Notes under the pieces: generated by a model
Seen by the model: only the letters and a program-made list of their open reading frames with translations
What the model was told of the DNA's origin: nothing
Database searches by the model: none
Program-made: the position numbers and the translations under genes
Part shown: positions 24,173-37,700 of the stretch, in pieces
Numbering within the stretch: the first letter of the stretch is position 1
Layout: each line of letters begins with the position of its first letter
Assembly (NCBI GenBank): GCA_977018835.1
Contig: OZ361260.1
Location: forward strand, 1,302,001-1,366,000
Source: Minutocellus sp. GHC0000111
Taxonomy: Eukaryota
Reading direction: 5' to 3'
DNA length: 64,000 nucleotides

Positions 24173-24568
24173 CGACTTGTTGAATGATTGCTTACATGCA
24201 CTAAACGTATGCCAACCAAATATGCTGGCAGAAGATATCAACGCTCTTCGTCTTCAATCCTGTGGCAGCAAAATATCAACGCCTGCCCACTTCAATCTTT
24301 CTCATCATCGGCTCTTTCTCGGCTCTTGGGTTGGCCACACTGTCAAAATTTGGGGGGCCGTTGAATGCAGAGAGGCGAGGCAGGCTCGTGCCGTCGTGAC
24401 AAGCGACTTTTCACTTGTTTGACCACACGGCGTGCTTCTAGGCTACGTACGTAAGAGGCCACGCGTCAAGTCATTACTGCATGATCTCGCCAGTCCACGA
24501 CCATCATACTAGTACTCCATTGGCCGCTATTTATTGCCAACGGCGATCGCAGCTGCTGCACAGCCAAT

Positions 24569-26164
24569 ATGAGAATGAGCCACCGTCATCATCGACAGCT
24601 CCAGTTTCGGCGATCCTCTTCGGATACCAAAAGCTCGCGGAATGTAGGCGGAACATGCACGAGCCCCACGAGTACCGGTAGCAACCATCAAACTGACTTG
24701 ACTCCCGCCGGCGCAGATCTAAGCACGCTGGCATCTTCCTCTTCCTTCGAGTCGGTTCCCATTGCCACGGTCACACCGGATGAGTTCCTCAGTCAGTACC
24801 GCACCAAGACATCAGAGTGCTTGGCCAACGCATACCAAACCGATCATCCCATATATTGCTCAAGAGAAGGGAGATTGACAACTTCACTCGGAGCAGAGCT
24901 ATTCACGCTGTTTGATATGCTCATGTCCATTCTTGATGAATATCTAACGGCCGGAAGTCTAGTCAATACCGATGCTGGGGATGCCATTATCGTGGACGTG
25001 ATGGAGTTTTTACTCCTCAATCTCAAATACAAACAGACGCACTTTCGTGACCGATGTCTGCAGGATCTGGAAAGCTGCTGTGCCGCCTCCAATGATTTCT
25101 TTGGTATGACGGAGACGGCCGAAGAGGTCGTAACGAGAGCTTTGGACCGATATCAGCTGCGAGAGAATCGACGAAAGGCCAAATTGATGCTTCGGAAGAA
25201 ATGCAGGGATCTCACTTCGCTTTATAGCTCTGATGCCGTCTATGCCGCCCAAATTACACATATGTATGTCTTTGAGCCAATCTGTGAAAGAATCGAGAAG
25301 GATTTATTTGGTAGAGAGTGGGAAGAGAATTTTACACAAAACGAGGTGGCGAAATCCATTGTCCGAACTATCGAGGACTTTTTTGGTGATATTGAAGTCT
25401 TCCTTTTGAATGATTTCATTGCCAAAAAGACTGCTGATGCGCTTGTCTCTGCAACTTGTGTGTTTTATGTCCGCAGTCTCCTCCTAAAGGCTCGGCAACA
25501 TAATGATTGGCTTCATAAGAAAACACCGGCCTTTATCGATCCTCAGCGTGCTGTTATGCGAATAAAGGGAGATATTCGTCTCATGAAGCGATTCTTCTTG
25601 GGCATAGCCGACAGAATGCCGGCCCTCACAAGAGTCGTCGAGCAAGAATTTTCTGCTTTGTCTGCACTATTCGAATGCCTCATGATTGGATCGGGCCTTT
25701 CAAAGGCTGGGGACATACGAGACTTTGTACTTGTACTTCACAAGATTACCAAAAATTTCGATGTAACTCGCAACTTGATTGGAGACTTGTATGTGTTGGT
25801 CGCCCCTAAGGATGAGCATCAAGTAAAGAGCCTTGTCGCTTCGATGAAGAAAGATCTTCTCATGACACTTCCTGAAAATAGCAGCCAGACACATGCACAG
25901 CCTCCATCACGTCAACAGGTGCCGGGATTGAGTATGGAGGAAATGCTGGCTGATATGTATGATATTCACGGCCTCGGGGGACGGCTGCAGAAATATTCTC
26001 CGAAACATTTCATCGATGGCTTCCGCCATGGAGTCCATACTGTACGAGAGAAACGGGAAGAGAGCGACTCGGCTCGAGACATTAATATCAATTCAAAGAT
26101 ACTCAACTCTCTTCAGGATCTCAGAGAGAAGAGTATTCGATTTGAGCGGCGGGCGTCTTTCTAA
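24569..26164 (+). CDS. Exocyst Sec6/EXOC3 C-terminal-domain-like protein
   Basis: 531-aa ORF with helical pattern CAASNDF..VFEPI..LFGREWE..IVRTIEDFFGD..YVRSLL, reminiscent of Sec6. Confidence 0.6.
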   Translation: MRMSHRHHRQLQFRRSSSDTKSSRNVGGTCTSPTSTGSNHQTDLTPAGADLSTLASSSSFESVPIATVTPDEFLSQYRTKTSECLANAYQTDHPIYCSREGRLTTSLGAELFTLFDMLMSILDEYLTAGSLVNTDAGDAIIVDVMEFLLLNLKYKQTHFRDRCLQDLESCCAASNDFFGMTETAEEVVTRALDRYQLRENRRKAKLMLRKKCRDLTSLYSSDAVYAAQITHMYVFEPICERIEKDLFGREWEENFTQNEVAKSIVRTIEDFFGDIEVFLLNDFIAKKTADALVSATCVFYVRSLLLKARQHNDWLHKKTPAFIDPQRAVMRIKGDIRLMKRFFLGIADRMPALTRVVEQEFSALSALFECLMIGSGLSKAGDIRDFVLVLHKITKNFDVTRNLIGDLYVLVAPKDEHQVKSLVASMKKDLLMTLPENSSQTHAQPPSRQQVPGLSMEEMLADMYDIHGLGGRLQKYSPKHFIDGFRHGVHTVREKREESDSARDININSKILNSLQDLREKSIRFERRASF

Positions 26165-26203
26165 TTATTATGTAATAGCTTTTTATCTTTTTCACCTGAA
26201 TTT

Positions 26204-27529
26204 TTAAGGAACTATCTTTATAACAATCTTGCCAACCGATTTTCCACTTTGTATGAGTTCGTGCGCATCGACGATACTTTCCATATCTAGTTCGGTTACT
26301 CTCGGGACCTTCAATTTGTCGTACTTGAGCCAGGCACAAATCTGATCAAAGAGATCTGAAACGATATCGGATTCATCAGCAAAGAAGGACAAGTTGAATC
26401 CAAGGACACTTTTGTTGCTTGTGACCATGTCCATCGCATCAAATGTCGGCATCTTATTTGCCTCTGAGGCCATTTTGATCCACTGTAATGGATCCAATGC
26501 AGACTTGCCCATGGGTAGATTGGAATGAAACCCAAATACAATTAGACGACCTGTTGCTGCGAGATGATCATACGATTGCTTTAATGTCGATACTCCGTTG
26601 GCGTCTATAATCGTTGAATATCCAGAGGGAGCTGCTCGTTTTGCTGCGTCCCACAAGTCTTCGGTACTTTTATCGATGACAACATCGCAGCCCAAACTTT
26701 TGGCCTCATCAACTTTGGAAGATGATCCCACAACACCAACGACGGGACTGAGGCCCAAGATCTTGCTCATCTGCACCAGCATCGAGCCAACGCCGCCCGC
26801 AGCCGAGTGGATAAGGATCGCCTTGTTGCTGTATTTGCTCTTTTCTGGGAAATGACCAGCAAGGCTCAATGCATGCAATGCTGTCAGCGATACCGCCGGC
26901 AGGGCTGCTGCTCTGCCCATGCTGAGACCGTCAGGGATCGGACGAAGCTGCATCTCTGGGATGAGCACACGGGAACTGTAGGCACCAAACAGGGTGCAGC
27001 CAAACACCCGATCACCAGGTTTCAGAGTCGTAACTTTGGAGCCCACTTTGACCACTCGCCCAGCCACATCAAAGCCCGGGACGATGGGATAGCCAACGAA
27101 GCGCTTCGCCGATTCATATAAACCCCATCGAATGCATACATCCGCGTAATTCACTGAGAAGGCCTCATTTGCGAGAATGACACAGTCATCCGGGATGATA
27201 TCATCCGAAGACAGAGGCGGGGTGTAGGGCGGCTTGCAGAAGCGATCGGAGAGATTGCAACCAACCGTCACCACCGATGGCCGCAGCGTCACCAAACGTA
27301 GCTGCTCGCTGCCACCGGGCCGTCCGATGGAGATGCATTGAGTGCGATTGGTGACGGTCGGGCTGGTTCTGGCACTGCTATCCTCCTCGGCACACGCAGC
27401 AGGCAGGAGGCGGGGTAAGAGTGATGGGGCAAACGTCGAAACAAACCACGAGAGTACGTTTGCCCACAGCGCAAGCAGGACCTCTGGGTCCTGGCCGAGG
27501 ATCGTTCGTTTGGGCGGTGGCGCCGCCAT
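26204..27529 (-). CDS. MDR-family NAD(P)H quinone oxidoreductase, VAT-1-like
   Basis: VNYADVCIRWGLY, VPGFDVAG, LIHSAAGGVG and SGKSVGKIVI motifs. Confidence 0.9.
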   Translation of the reverse strand: MAAPPPKRTILGQDPEVLLALWANVLSWFVSTFAPSLLPRLLPAACAEEDSSARTSPTVTNRTQCISIGRPGGSEQLRLVTLRPSVVTVGCNLSDRFCKPPYTPPLSSDDIIPDDCVILANEAFSVNYADVCIRWGLYESAKRFVGYPIVPGFDVAGRVVKVGSKVTTLKPGDRVFGCTLFGAYSSRVLIPEMQLRPIPDGLSMGRAAALPAVSLTALHALSLAGHFPEKSKYSNKAILIHSAAGGVGSMLVQMSKILGLSPVVGVVGSSSKVDEAKSLGCDVVIDKSTEDLWDAAKRAAPSGYSTIIDANGVSTLKQSYDHLAATGRLIVFGFHSNLPMGKSALDPLQWIKMASEANKMPTFDAMDMVTSNKSVLGFNLSFFADESDIVSDLFDQICAWLKYDKLKVPRVTELDMESIVDAHELIQSGKSVGKIVIKIVP

Positions 27530-27722
27530 TTTGCTGGGGTGCTGGAGTCCCGTGCTGGGTTTTGCTGGTGCTGGGGGCGCGCGGGGGCGGGCGAGCCGAG
27601 AGCGAGGCTAGCACGAGCATAAGGCCATTTCTCTGTCGTCAGGCAGGCCCTTTGTGGCGGTTGCGCGGCGGTGCTGGCTGGAGATTGAGATGCTCAACGA
27701 CCACGACTGACTTGGCCCAACA

Positions 27723-28073
27723 ATGGAGGCGTCCCTTCGCTGCTCCCTGCCCATCCTAGTAATTATCGCTTGCGCTACCAGATCAGTGGCACAAGCTCTG
27801 CCAGCGCTTCGTCACTCTGGCAATGAGGCACAGCATTCATCTGGCGCAGCAGCAGCGCCGTCGCCGCAGCCTCCTCCTGGTCCCTGGACCTTTCAGTGCG
27901 CTTTGCAGGGTTGGGAGAAGGCATCGTGCCTGCAACTCGATGGGTGCGCTTGGTGCGATACAGACGAGTATGGCGGGGCCTGCGTTACGGAGGAATTTGC
28001 GGAACGAGTGACTAGGTGGTCGGACTCGTTCCATTGCCAGGAGCAACCAGAGCAGCATGTCATGTTGGAATAG
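27723..28073 (+). CDS. Small secreted Cys-containing protein (PSI-like C..C.WC..C), possibly partial
   Basis: Signal-peptide-like N-terminus and CLQLDGCAWCDTDEYGGAC; divergent from the VAT-1-like gene. Confidence 0.5.
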   Translation: MEASLRCSLPILVIIACATRSVAQALPALRHSGNEAQHSSGAAAAPSPQPPPGPWTFQCALQGWEKASCLQLDGCAWCDTDEYGGACVTEEFAERVTRWSDSFHCQEQPEQHVMLE

Positions 28074-28449
28074 GGATGACCAAACATTATTATTTATTAT
28101 AGCCGCAGTGCAATAGGATCACCACACAAAACTGACGGTGCGTCTTTGGCGGGAGACAAGGGTGTGTTGACGCAGTACGATTGCGTTGCTGTGGACTCAA
28201 GAGAAAAATGTTCAAACAAAGTAAGTATATGTAGGCATTGAGAACTGTCCCATGCGATGCAGAAGCAATATTGTTGAGAGGTGCCAATCTATGGGATTAG
28301 TTCTATTTCGTCCGAGTAAAGGCTTGAAAGAAATCAATGACTTGTCAAAAAATGTACATGTGTGATGTCTCTCTTCGAAGTTTTTTACATTCGTTCTGCA
28401 GGACCCTGCGTTCTGTTTGTAATATTTTTCGTTTTTGTATCTCTTTTCT

Positions 28450-29586
28450 TCCGCTGACTGCGTAAACCATTCGTGTCAGTTGTATGCCCTGTCTCACCTT
28501 GATTTCTTTCGTGATGCGTGCCTACTAGAACAGTTTTTGATTTTCAGTTTCTTCGCTTTTGCTAAGTCGTCCTTCGTCGTTGGCGATAATACTTCAGCCA
28601 GTACTTGTATTGTATGTTCAGTGTTCGGGTTGAGGAGCCATCAACTCTCTTTTCGCAAGCGCTCTCATCGATGCATGGCGCCGTTGTAGCGGTGACAAGC
28701 CCACATCAAAGAGGCGTTCTCGTTGCCGCAATGACGCTCGGCACACCTCGCTGTGTCTCGACTGTCTGATGAGGCGGTAACCTCAAAAAACCACTGCTTC
28801 TAGCGACTATTTTGAGAGTCAGTCGTCGTCGTACACACACTCTGATAAAAGAAGAAAAAAGGTATACATACATGTAGATCTAGAAATTTCTACGGTTACC
28901 GATAGGGACGGCGCCGTCCGTCAACTTATCAATTCCTAGAAAACACTATCTAGCTAGAGATCTAGATCTAGAGAGAGACTACATACATGTATGCCGCCAT
29001 CCCTGCCTGAAAATTTTCTTCGGGTTCACGATACCGGTGGATCTACCGTAGTTGTCTACATGTATGTCGCCCATCCTGAATCTTGCGCAATATTCATTGT
29101 AAATCGAGGTAGATCTACCCGTGATTTCCTTCCATCTTGCCGGTACTGGTACTTGGATTCAAACGAAATTGCTGAAAACAAAATCAAGCCAAAAAGAACG
29201 AATGGGCTGCCTCTCCCTCTCCTTTAGGCAAACAATTCATTGAGATAACGCTTGTACAGGGCCATGTACTTCGCCAGAAATGCCTCGAGGTGGAAGATAT
29301 CCTTGCTGCCCATGGCAATCCGGTGCTCGTAGAAGGCCGCCGCCTCGACAACCTCGTGCTTGAGAGAGTCGTCCAGGTTCCTCATGAGCTCCAGAGCGAG
29401 GGTCTTGATGATGACTTCGGCGGGGATGCAGTTGATGAGGAGCTCGTACAGCTTCTCCCTGGCCGAGAGGAGGTGCTGAGGACTTTGGTTGCGCGTGACG
29501 TCGGCGGCCAGCTGCTTGATGTACACCTCCCAGTCCGTCTGCAGGACGGGAGTATCTGCCTTGAGGCCGCCACCGTTCGGGTCGCG
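28450..29586. repeat. Segmental duplication copy 1 (paralog at about 61060-62562)
   Basis: Colinear matching sequence from GCGTAAACCATTCG through the RFC3 3' flank and coding end. Confidence 0.92.
29224..29586 (-). pseudogene. RFC3: 5'-truncated duplicate of RFC3 (last ~120 codons)
   Basis: The peptide RDPNGGGL...YLNELFA is identical to that at 62200-62562, and homology ends abruptly at 29586. Confidence 0.92.
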
Positions 29587-31799
29587 CTCTATCTCAAAAT
29601 TTGAAACGGCCGCCAATCCGGCACTCACATCACAAAGCAGCCAATCACAAAAGGAAATTCGAAATGATGCTAAACATGACGGGAACATTGTGAAATTAAT
29701 TTATTCGGCACTCACAAGGAGTTTTGAGAAGTACTTTCAGAAACGGCACATTTCGAAGTGATGCTAATTTTCGCCACGTCACAATTTATGCTTTGGAACG
29801 GCCGGAACGGCCGGCATTCCCAGCCGAAGGGCTAGTGTATTTTTTTGAACCGCACACACGCCCAAGCATCTTCGCACATTGCCGATCCTTCGGCGGCGCG
29901 CAATGCGCCACACGCATTGCCTTGTGTGCTTGCTTCCTCGCTTCCTTCCTCACAGTTCCATCTTTCGCTGTCGTTCAAGATGGAGAGATACATACACCGT
30001 TGATCAAACAAATTGAGCCACACTCCCTTCGCCCTTTCGTTCTTCCCTACATACATGCACTACATGGTGCATAGAGGCTGGCTGGAGATGCTACTTCTAC
30101 TTCTGTTGGGTGCCGCTGCTATGGACGCTACTTTTGCTGGTGAGTTTTAGTCACGAGTATCAATATTTCAGCCCATCTTGAACTCGCTTGGCCATTTCTC
30201 TTTCATTCGCTGATAAAACTTTCTATCTTCGCATATCCTACACCCACATGTGTCATCAGCTGCTCCCGAACCTTTTCATCGTGGCATTGCACATGTAGCG
30301 ATGCCCAACCTTTCATCGGCTCCTCCTTCTCATTCTCCTCTCGGAGATGGAGAGCCTGTCGTCAACGATTCGAAGAATCTGACTGGACGTGATAGCGTAA
30401 GTAGGTCGAGTGGGGGGAAGGGGCAGATTTACCGGTCGGTACACAAAATATGTAGCATTGTTTCCCACGTCATTGGCACCTCACCTTGCACCATCTGCAA
30501 AATACTGATCCATTTACTGTACCGGCATGCTGCGCTGAATATGGTTGCACAACAACTAGCTCCAGATTCGTTCGATCGTTGATCCGAGCAGCTTTTTGCT
30601 TCGGCGACATCAACTCCATGTGTGCGTTGTGGGAGAACCGGTGGCCATGCCCAGGCAGGTCATTCCTCCGTGTCCAGGAGCACCAGATGCAGAGTGTACA
30701 CGTAAGTACATACATCTATGGAGGTTGAAATCATGTAGATCGTTTTGCGTATGGCGCGTACATGTATGGCGCGTATGGCGTCGTGCGTGTTGTGCATGTT
30801 GCTTATTTTCATGTACATGTACTTCTACATCTGGCACTTGTACCGTAGAAGCGTAGAAGGGTATCGCATACGCACAAGAGTGTCACTTACATGTAGCAGA
30901 TCTTGGCGATCCGGATATCAGCACTGTGTGCATATGTTTCACTGGCATAGGAGTAGCATCTTGATTTCCCTATTCTCCCAATTGGTCTCGCGACTGTTTG
31001 TGCTCGACAACACGTCGTCTCTGTCCTCCTTGCACATAAACATGTCATGTGCTTGCTTGCTCACGCATGCACACTTCCGGACTTTTCATATGTGTGTACA
31101 CGATGGCATGACCGAATTGGCAAAAATCAACTCACTCCTTCTACTGCTCCCTTTCTATCTTGCGTTCGTCATCGGAACCGGCTAATCCTCACACTCCATA
31201 CACGCGTGTACATTGCTTCCTTCTGGCTATGAACACAACAACATGCATTCGACTTCACCCATCTTTTCGTCGTCCTCTGAACGCACAAAAATGCATCAAT
31301 CGACCCTAACTTCGCTTCATCCCAACCCCAACTGAACTATCGTCCGTGTTGCCACCACTACAATGCGGTCGTTCGGCATCACACTTCGTGCTTTCATTCG
31401 TTCGTTCATGCTTCGCGAAGCAGAAGCCGCAGGTCGGCGAGCCGGTGGCACTTCGACCGGCGTCACAGCTTCATGTAGATCTACCCACGTGCGACATAGC
31501 TACTTCTGGCACTACTGGTGTTGACATTGACAATCAGCATGGAGGACTGGCACCGGTACCGGTAAGTTGCTTGCTCCGCCCGAGGTTTCGCTTGCTCAGT
31601 CAATCTATTCTGATTCAATGGATTTGCAGATAGATTGCGCCGAAGTTTTTTCTTCATTCGATTGAGTCGAGGAGTCGAGTCGAGTCATTCGATGCTGTGA
31701 TGTCATAAAGAAACCCTCAACCTTTTACTTTGTTCCCGATTTCTTTTTCGATTGGCCAATTGACATGCATGTGACTCTATCATCAGTCACCGACAGGCG

Positions 31800-34700
31800 A
31801 TGGCCGCCACCGCTCGGCCGAAGGCCTCCGGTACGCACCCAACTCCATTGATTCCTTCCCTCAATCTTCGGTCTCTATTGGAAAGACTTCGATTGTTTTT
31901 TCCGATTTTGCCGTCGGATCTTCTTACCGGTGGTATGATTCGACCGACGAACAGCAAGTCTTCCCCGATGCATTGCGCCTCTGTTTCGGCCGCCGGTGAA
32001 AAATATGTCGGTGGGCTTGGACTTCTTGGCATCTTTCTCCACTCTCTTCGGGTTGCTATTCAGGTTCAGATCGATCATTCAATTGCCGTCGTTGCTTCGT
32101 ATCTTGATAAAAGAAGGGAGGAGGGGTATTGTGAGGGAAGCGCCCGTGCTGGCGATAAGTCTTGTGCTGACAATGGCGACCGTTCCTTTTCCGGCATCAT
32201 CTTGATTGCTTTTTTTCTCGCCATCGTGGTCTTCCTTTGCGCTAAGACTTGGAGTTTCCTGTACGGGAAGTCGTTCCCCTCGCATTCCGCTCCTACCATT
32301 AGTGCTAAGCCCCGCATTGGTGCCACGGGGAGGAAGACGTGTAGTTCACGCGTCTCGAGGAGGCTTACGTCCTTGCTATACATCGGGACATTCCTTTCCC
32401 ATGTCATGAGCACTACTGCAACTTGCGTTCTCGACAAAGACTTCCGCAGTGGCTTCCTTGATGCGATTGAATCTATTGGAGATAATCTCCTCTCTGCAGT
32501 TGACGATCTTGACGACATTGGTATCCCCCTCGTCAGCTCACTTTCCCTGTCGAGCAAATTCAACATCAAAGAGAAAATTCATGACGTACTTGTTTCTGGT
32601 CTAGCATCGGCATGGAAGGAGGACTTTGCGACGTACGATGTCGAAGCACTTCTTGGGGTCGATGGAACGAATACTGCGAATCTCCCAGGCAATCCACAAG
32701 TACATCTGAATTGTTCCATTACTGACGGCGACCTTGACTTTGCACTTTTCCTTGATGGTATGGTAAACGAGTCATCGATTGATGCTGATATTACACTGCT
32801 CCCGTCACCTATGGAAAAACTATCGCTTTCAGTTCCAGAGGTTGTAGTCTCCTACTCTCTTGCTCTTCTTTTCAGCATTGATGTTGCCGACTCAATCGTT
32901 CTGTCCAACGAAATAATTACGAAGACTACCCTTGGTGATATAACTGCAGGCCTACGCTTTAGTGCCATTGGGAACATAAATCAAGAGATTCGCGATGTTT
33001 CAGCATCATTCGATGGAGATCTAGAGCTCGTGGCGGGATTTGATTACTCGTCTAAGAGCGGTAAATGGGAAAAGGGCGGTAGTTTTGATCTCGTCTTGGA
33101 TGCTACCGCGCCGACTACTCCTCGAGCCAATATTCGCCTTCTCGCCTCAGATGACAACATTTACGACGATGCTCCTCCTACTACGAGGTTCGATTTTGAC
33201 TTTTGCAGCTTCAAAACTCAGTTGAAGGATGCCATCTCTTCACTTGACTTGACAGGTGAAATGGGCAATCTAATCAGCCGGTATCTGATCCACGATGACT
33301 TTGGTGGCACGGACATTATTGGTCCAGTTACTGATGCTCTTGAGCAACTTGTAGAGAAAGAAGTCGATGACACAAGAACGAAGATAATGGCAGAAATCGA
33401 CAAAGTGCAGTGTGCCACAACGAGGTTGCTCAACGAAGTGGAAGTTCCGGTCGATGGACATCAAGTCCAGCGTACACTCTTGAGTCCCTCGAGCTTCGGT
33501 GATGTTGTGGAGCTGTTGACTTCAACCAGCAATGAAACTTCTCTTTCCATCGATGCTGGACTTTTCCCAACGCGAAAGGAGCTGGCTTTTGATTTTGCTC
33601 TATCCATCAACAAGGTTTTTACTTCTGATGCCTTTGTCGCTGCATTTAATTCGGTATTCGACAAGCTTGGAAACGCTCAGGACCAACTTGATCAGGTCAA
33701 TGATTCTTTCGCAGATCCAGCCCAACTTCTTCAGGCGGTGGAGTCTGTTGCTTCCTTCCGGATTGAAGCTTCCTTTGGAATCAAGGTCGAGAATATCACC
33801 GAATTCTTCTCATCGACTTCCGACTCTGGTGCATTCATTGGAGGGCCCTTTCTTCGCGTGGATAAGCTCGAGACGACGGCAAATATTGTTGCTAGGGATG
33901 TATCCGTCGACAACATTTTCTCCTCTGTCCACATCACTGCTGGGTCCCTCGACTCGTCTGTAGGATTTGGTCTACAGTCTCCGTCAGAATTTGCATTAGT
34001 CGCGACCGGCACCTTCGAATCTGGATTGACTTTTTCGGATCAGATTACTGGTGGTCGTCTCGACTTTGCTCCTCTAGGTGAACTCCACGCGAGGCTCCCT
34101 ATTATCGCAACCATCGGTGGCGAAGAAGATTGGAATTTGGTCGTTTCTTTTGAAGACGATAATATGTTTGACGATATTGATCCTATCATTGTTTTTGACT
34201 TCAATGCGAGTAAGATCCTGGACGCTTTGGACACCATGCTTGCGAAACTAGGGAATACCAAAATCTCGGCGGAGAAAATTCTAGGGAAAACTCTGCCAAC
34301 CTGCGGAATAGACCTTTTTCGGCCATTGAATCAGGTATTGATAGTCTCTTCCCTGACGCATCGGATTTTCTTGATGGCATTCTGGAAGCAAAGAATGAAT
34401 TTTATCATTTATGTAACGAAGCTGAGTCCACCGGAGTCGCGCCTTCTATCGAAGATGTAATATCCCTCATTCGAGAAGAAATTATTGGTGCGTCGGACAA
34501 AGCTATTTCGACTGAGAATGGTTCAAGCTCCAACTCTGATCGTCGGAGTTTGAGGGCTCATCATCTGCGAAGGACACAATATCAGAGACCCCGACGCCTC
34601 CGTGAAAGCAAAGGGAGATCGCTGCAGGAATCGACAAATCTAGTGGATAATCTTCTCGACGATTTCCGTGTTGATGGGGGTTTTGATGGAGAGAAGATTT

Positions 34701-37700
34701 TTGTTTCTCTCGCATTGGATTTGTCCAAGGAAGTTGTATCTGGAGTCGGTGATCTTCTAGACAAACCGCTGCAACTTCTAGGAGGTAATGATGCTGGCTT
34801 TCTCAGGGAGGTATTCGGATCTGATGGGAACATCAATAATACTGGTTTTGATTCTGGCGACACCGCGGCAAACACAGCCTTTAGCGCAAGCGCTCATCTG
34901 GAGTAAGTTTCCTCTTGGCACAGGGGGCGGGTATCGCTTGCTTCGGATATCATAGCACTCTCAGTTTTTACATAAATTCTTTTTCCCTTTCTTTTTCTGA
35001 TAACTTTCTTTCTCCGCCTATTTTTTTCTGCTCTATTGTCGTTGGTGCGTTAGGGTCCAAGTTGGATTCAATGTGGAAGGTTTGGACCTTGCTACCATCA
35101 GTTCGACGAATGTTACAGATCTAGGAGAGAGATTGTACATTCAAGTAAAAGATGCGTCGAGTAAATTTTCCGCCTCGCTGGACAATATTGATGCAAATAT
35201 TGACATTGGGGGTGTTTCCTCTCTTAGTGTCACGGATGGATATGTTGCTTGTCTGATATACTTTGGTTTACCAAGCTCAACCCGTCAAATTCCATTTCGC
35301 GAGCTGAGTAGTGTCCCTACGCTCATCAAGCAGCTTCAATGGCAAAAGGGGGGTATTGTTGATGTCTCTCTTCCCGTCGGGTTTGAAATCGATGGAATTG
35401 TTCAGATAAATCCGACGCTTTCCATCCAGGATGATAATCTTTTTGATTCTGAATTTCCAGTCATTGCTCTCGACGTGGATATCAGGTTAGTGCTGTCACA
35501 ATTGTCTCTTGGAAAAATATCAACAATTCTTGTGTGTTCTGTAGATGATTTATTTTGGATGAGCTTTAATGTTGAATTTTTCCTTGCTCTATATTTCGTG
35601 CTGAATAGTGACCTGATAGATGGCGATGACTTCATTGAAGGTATCCTTGACAAATTAACAGTTGGTCTTGGTCTTATTTCAGGAGAATCTGGTGAGGGTT
35701 TTGATGTTGGAGGTCTGGGAGAAAATATTGGGGGTGTTCTTTCCGATTTCGGACTGAATTTAACATCCCTTACGGCAGACTTTAAGGCCTTCTTTCGCTG
35801 ATAGCATGACTTCGGACCTCAGTCGAGTTGAGTTGCTCAAATTCAAGCCCCGTTCCCTTCCGCGCTATGTGAATACTTTGCAAGTTGGAAGCAAGAAGTC
35901 GTCCTGCCAATACTCGGCTCGATTCAAGAAGATTGTCTAGGACAAGCTAATCTCCACTTTCCCTGACCCTCAATATGATGGAGTATTGATCCCAGGTCTT
36001 CTTCTGGGTCGGGGAAGTATCGCCGATCTGTATACCTGTACGAACAGTTCTTGTGATGATTTCCCCATTAACAACTTCCACCAAGCCATTGCCGTGGCGT
36101 ATGGATATGCCACCACCTTCGACAAGGCGACTTCGTTCACCATAGATCAACTCCTTGTTCCTGATTTCAATGCGGAGGCGATTGTCCTCCTCTTGAATCG
36201 CCTTAAGAGCAAGAATTCACTCTTCAATCGATTCAGTTCCACTGAAAATGGACTACCTCTTGACCCATCCACGAAAGAACTATTCCGTTTAGAAAAGTAT
36301 CTGCCAGACATTCAAGTGGCTCTAAATCTTGCAGTGTCGACCGATCTGTCGGCATTGAGATTTGGTCCTCAAGATATTTCAGAAGCTTTGCTTCCTAATC
36401 CCTCCTTTCCGTCGCTACGAGCCCTGGCAGATTTTGCTAAGAAAGAATTGCTGGATCTTGATCTAGCCTTTACTGCTGATTTGGACGTACCCCCGCTCGA
36501 CATTTCTTCCCCTACTGTGCCTACTATCGGTCCTGATGGGTTCTCTTTTGGAAACTTTAGTGTCGATAGCACACGATTGTTCCCTCCCGCCATGGACCTT
36601 AATAGTATACAGGTGAATTGATTTTTTGGGGTTTATTCTGCGGGTTTTATCTATGTTAGGTACAATTACAAGCTCAGGTTTCCATGATATCTTGTCTAAT
36701 GTTTCCTTTCTACTTCACCTCCACAAAAATACAGGGCTTCCAATTTGACTTTGATGTCAAAGTAAAGGGTGGAGATCTATTCCTCAAGGCTGATTTTATC
36801 CTGAATGTCAAGAATGTAGACCCTATCAAAACTGCAAGCGATGCAGCTGCCAGAATTGGTGCTGTCCTATCTAGCGCATCAGGTCCTTTCAAGGACGTCG
36901 CTGGAAGTATTGATAGTTCCCTTACCGACGCGTCTGAATTCCTTAATGATGTTGCCGATATTTCATACCTAGATGTGGAATTGGATGCTGCAATCGACTT
37001 TTCCGTGGAAGCCAGTCTAGCAAATGGAGCCACATTTGAGGTTTCCTCAGTTATCCGGGAGTTATCTAGCGCATTGAAGGTAACTCTCGGGGTCAATGAT
37101 TCCCGCGTCACCGCAGTTGACCCTCGAGCTATCCACTACAAACGAAGCGACACCTTTTGATGTGTTCGGAGTTGACGGCATAAGCAAATTGGGAGATTTT
37201 ACCTTTGCTGGTTCTTTCTACGGAACTTGTTTAGTTTCCGTCGAGGACCTACCGGTCGACATAATCTTTGATGTATCAGTTCCCGATCTAGTCGATGCTT
37301 CGAGTGTGGATTTTGGTCTATCAATCGATCTAAACCTTGTACCTGTGAGAGATGACATAGGAGCATTACTTGACGACGTTGATCTGCTTTCATACAGTGG
37401 TGATGGCCCCTTTGCGGAATATGAGCGTTTCCTACCCACCATTGACTTGTCCTGTATCAAGGACTCTGGAAAAGCATACCTGAATCAAACCAACTCAAGT
37501 CTTCCGGTGTCTGGCTTCTTTGACGCTATTGCCGATGGTTGTTCTAACAATGAGCTCTTTGAACTTCTCGGCGGGTACAATGCATCCAGCGGTGAGCTTG
37601 GTATGAACGTTCAGCTAGAACTTTCCGTCGGTAGGTCTGCAAACGATGCAGTCAGGGCCCTCTCAGGACTCCTATCCTCAAATGGTTTGTCTCTTGGAGA

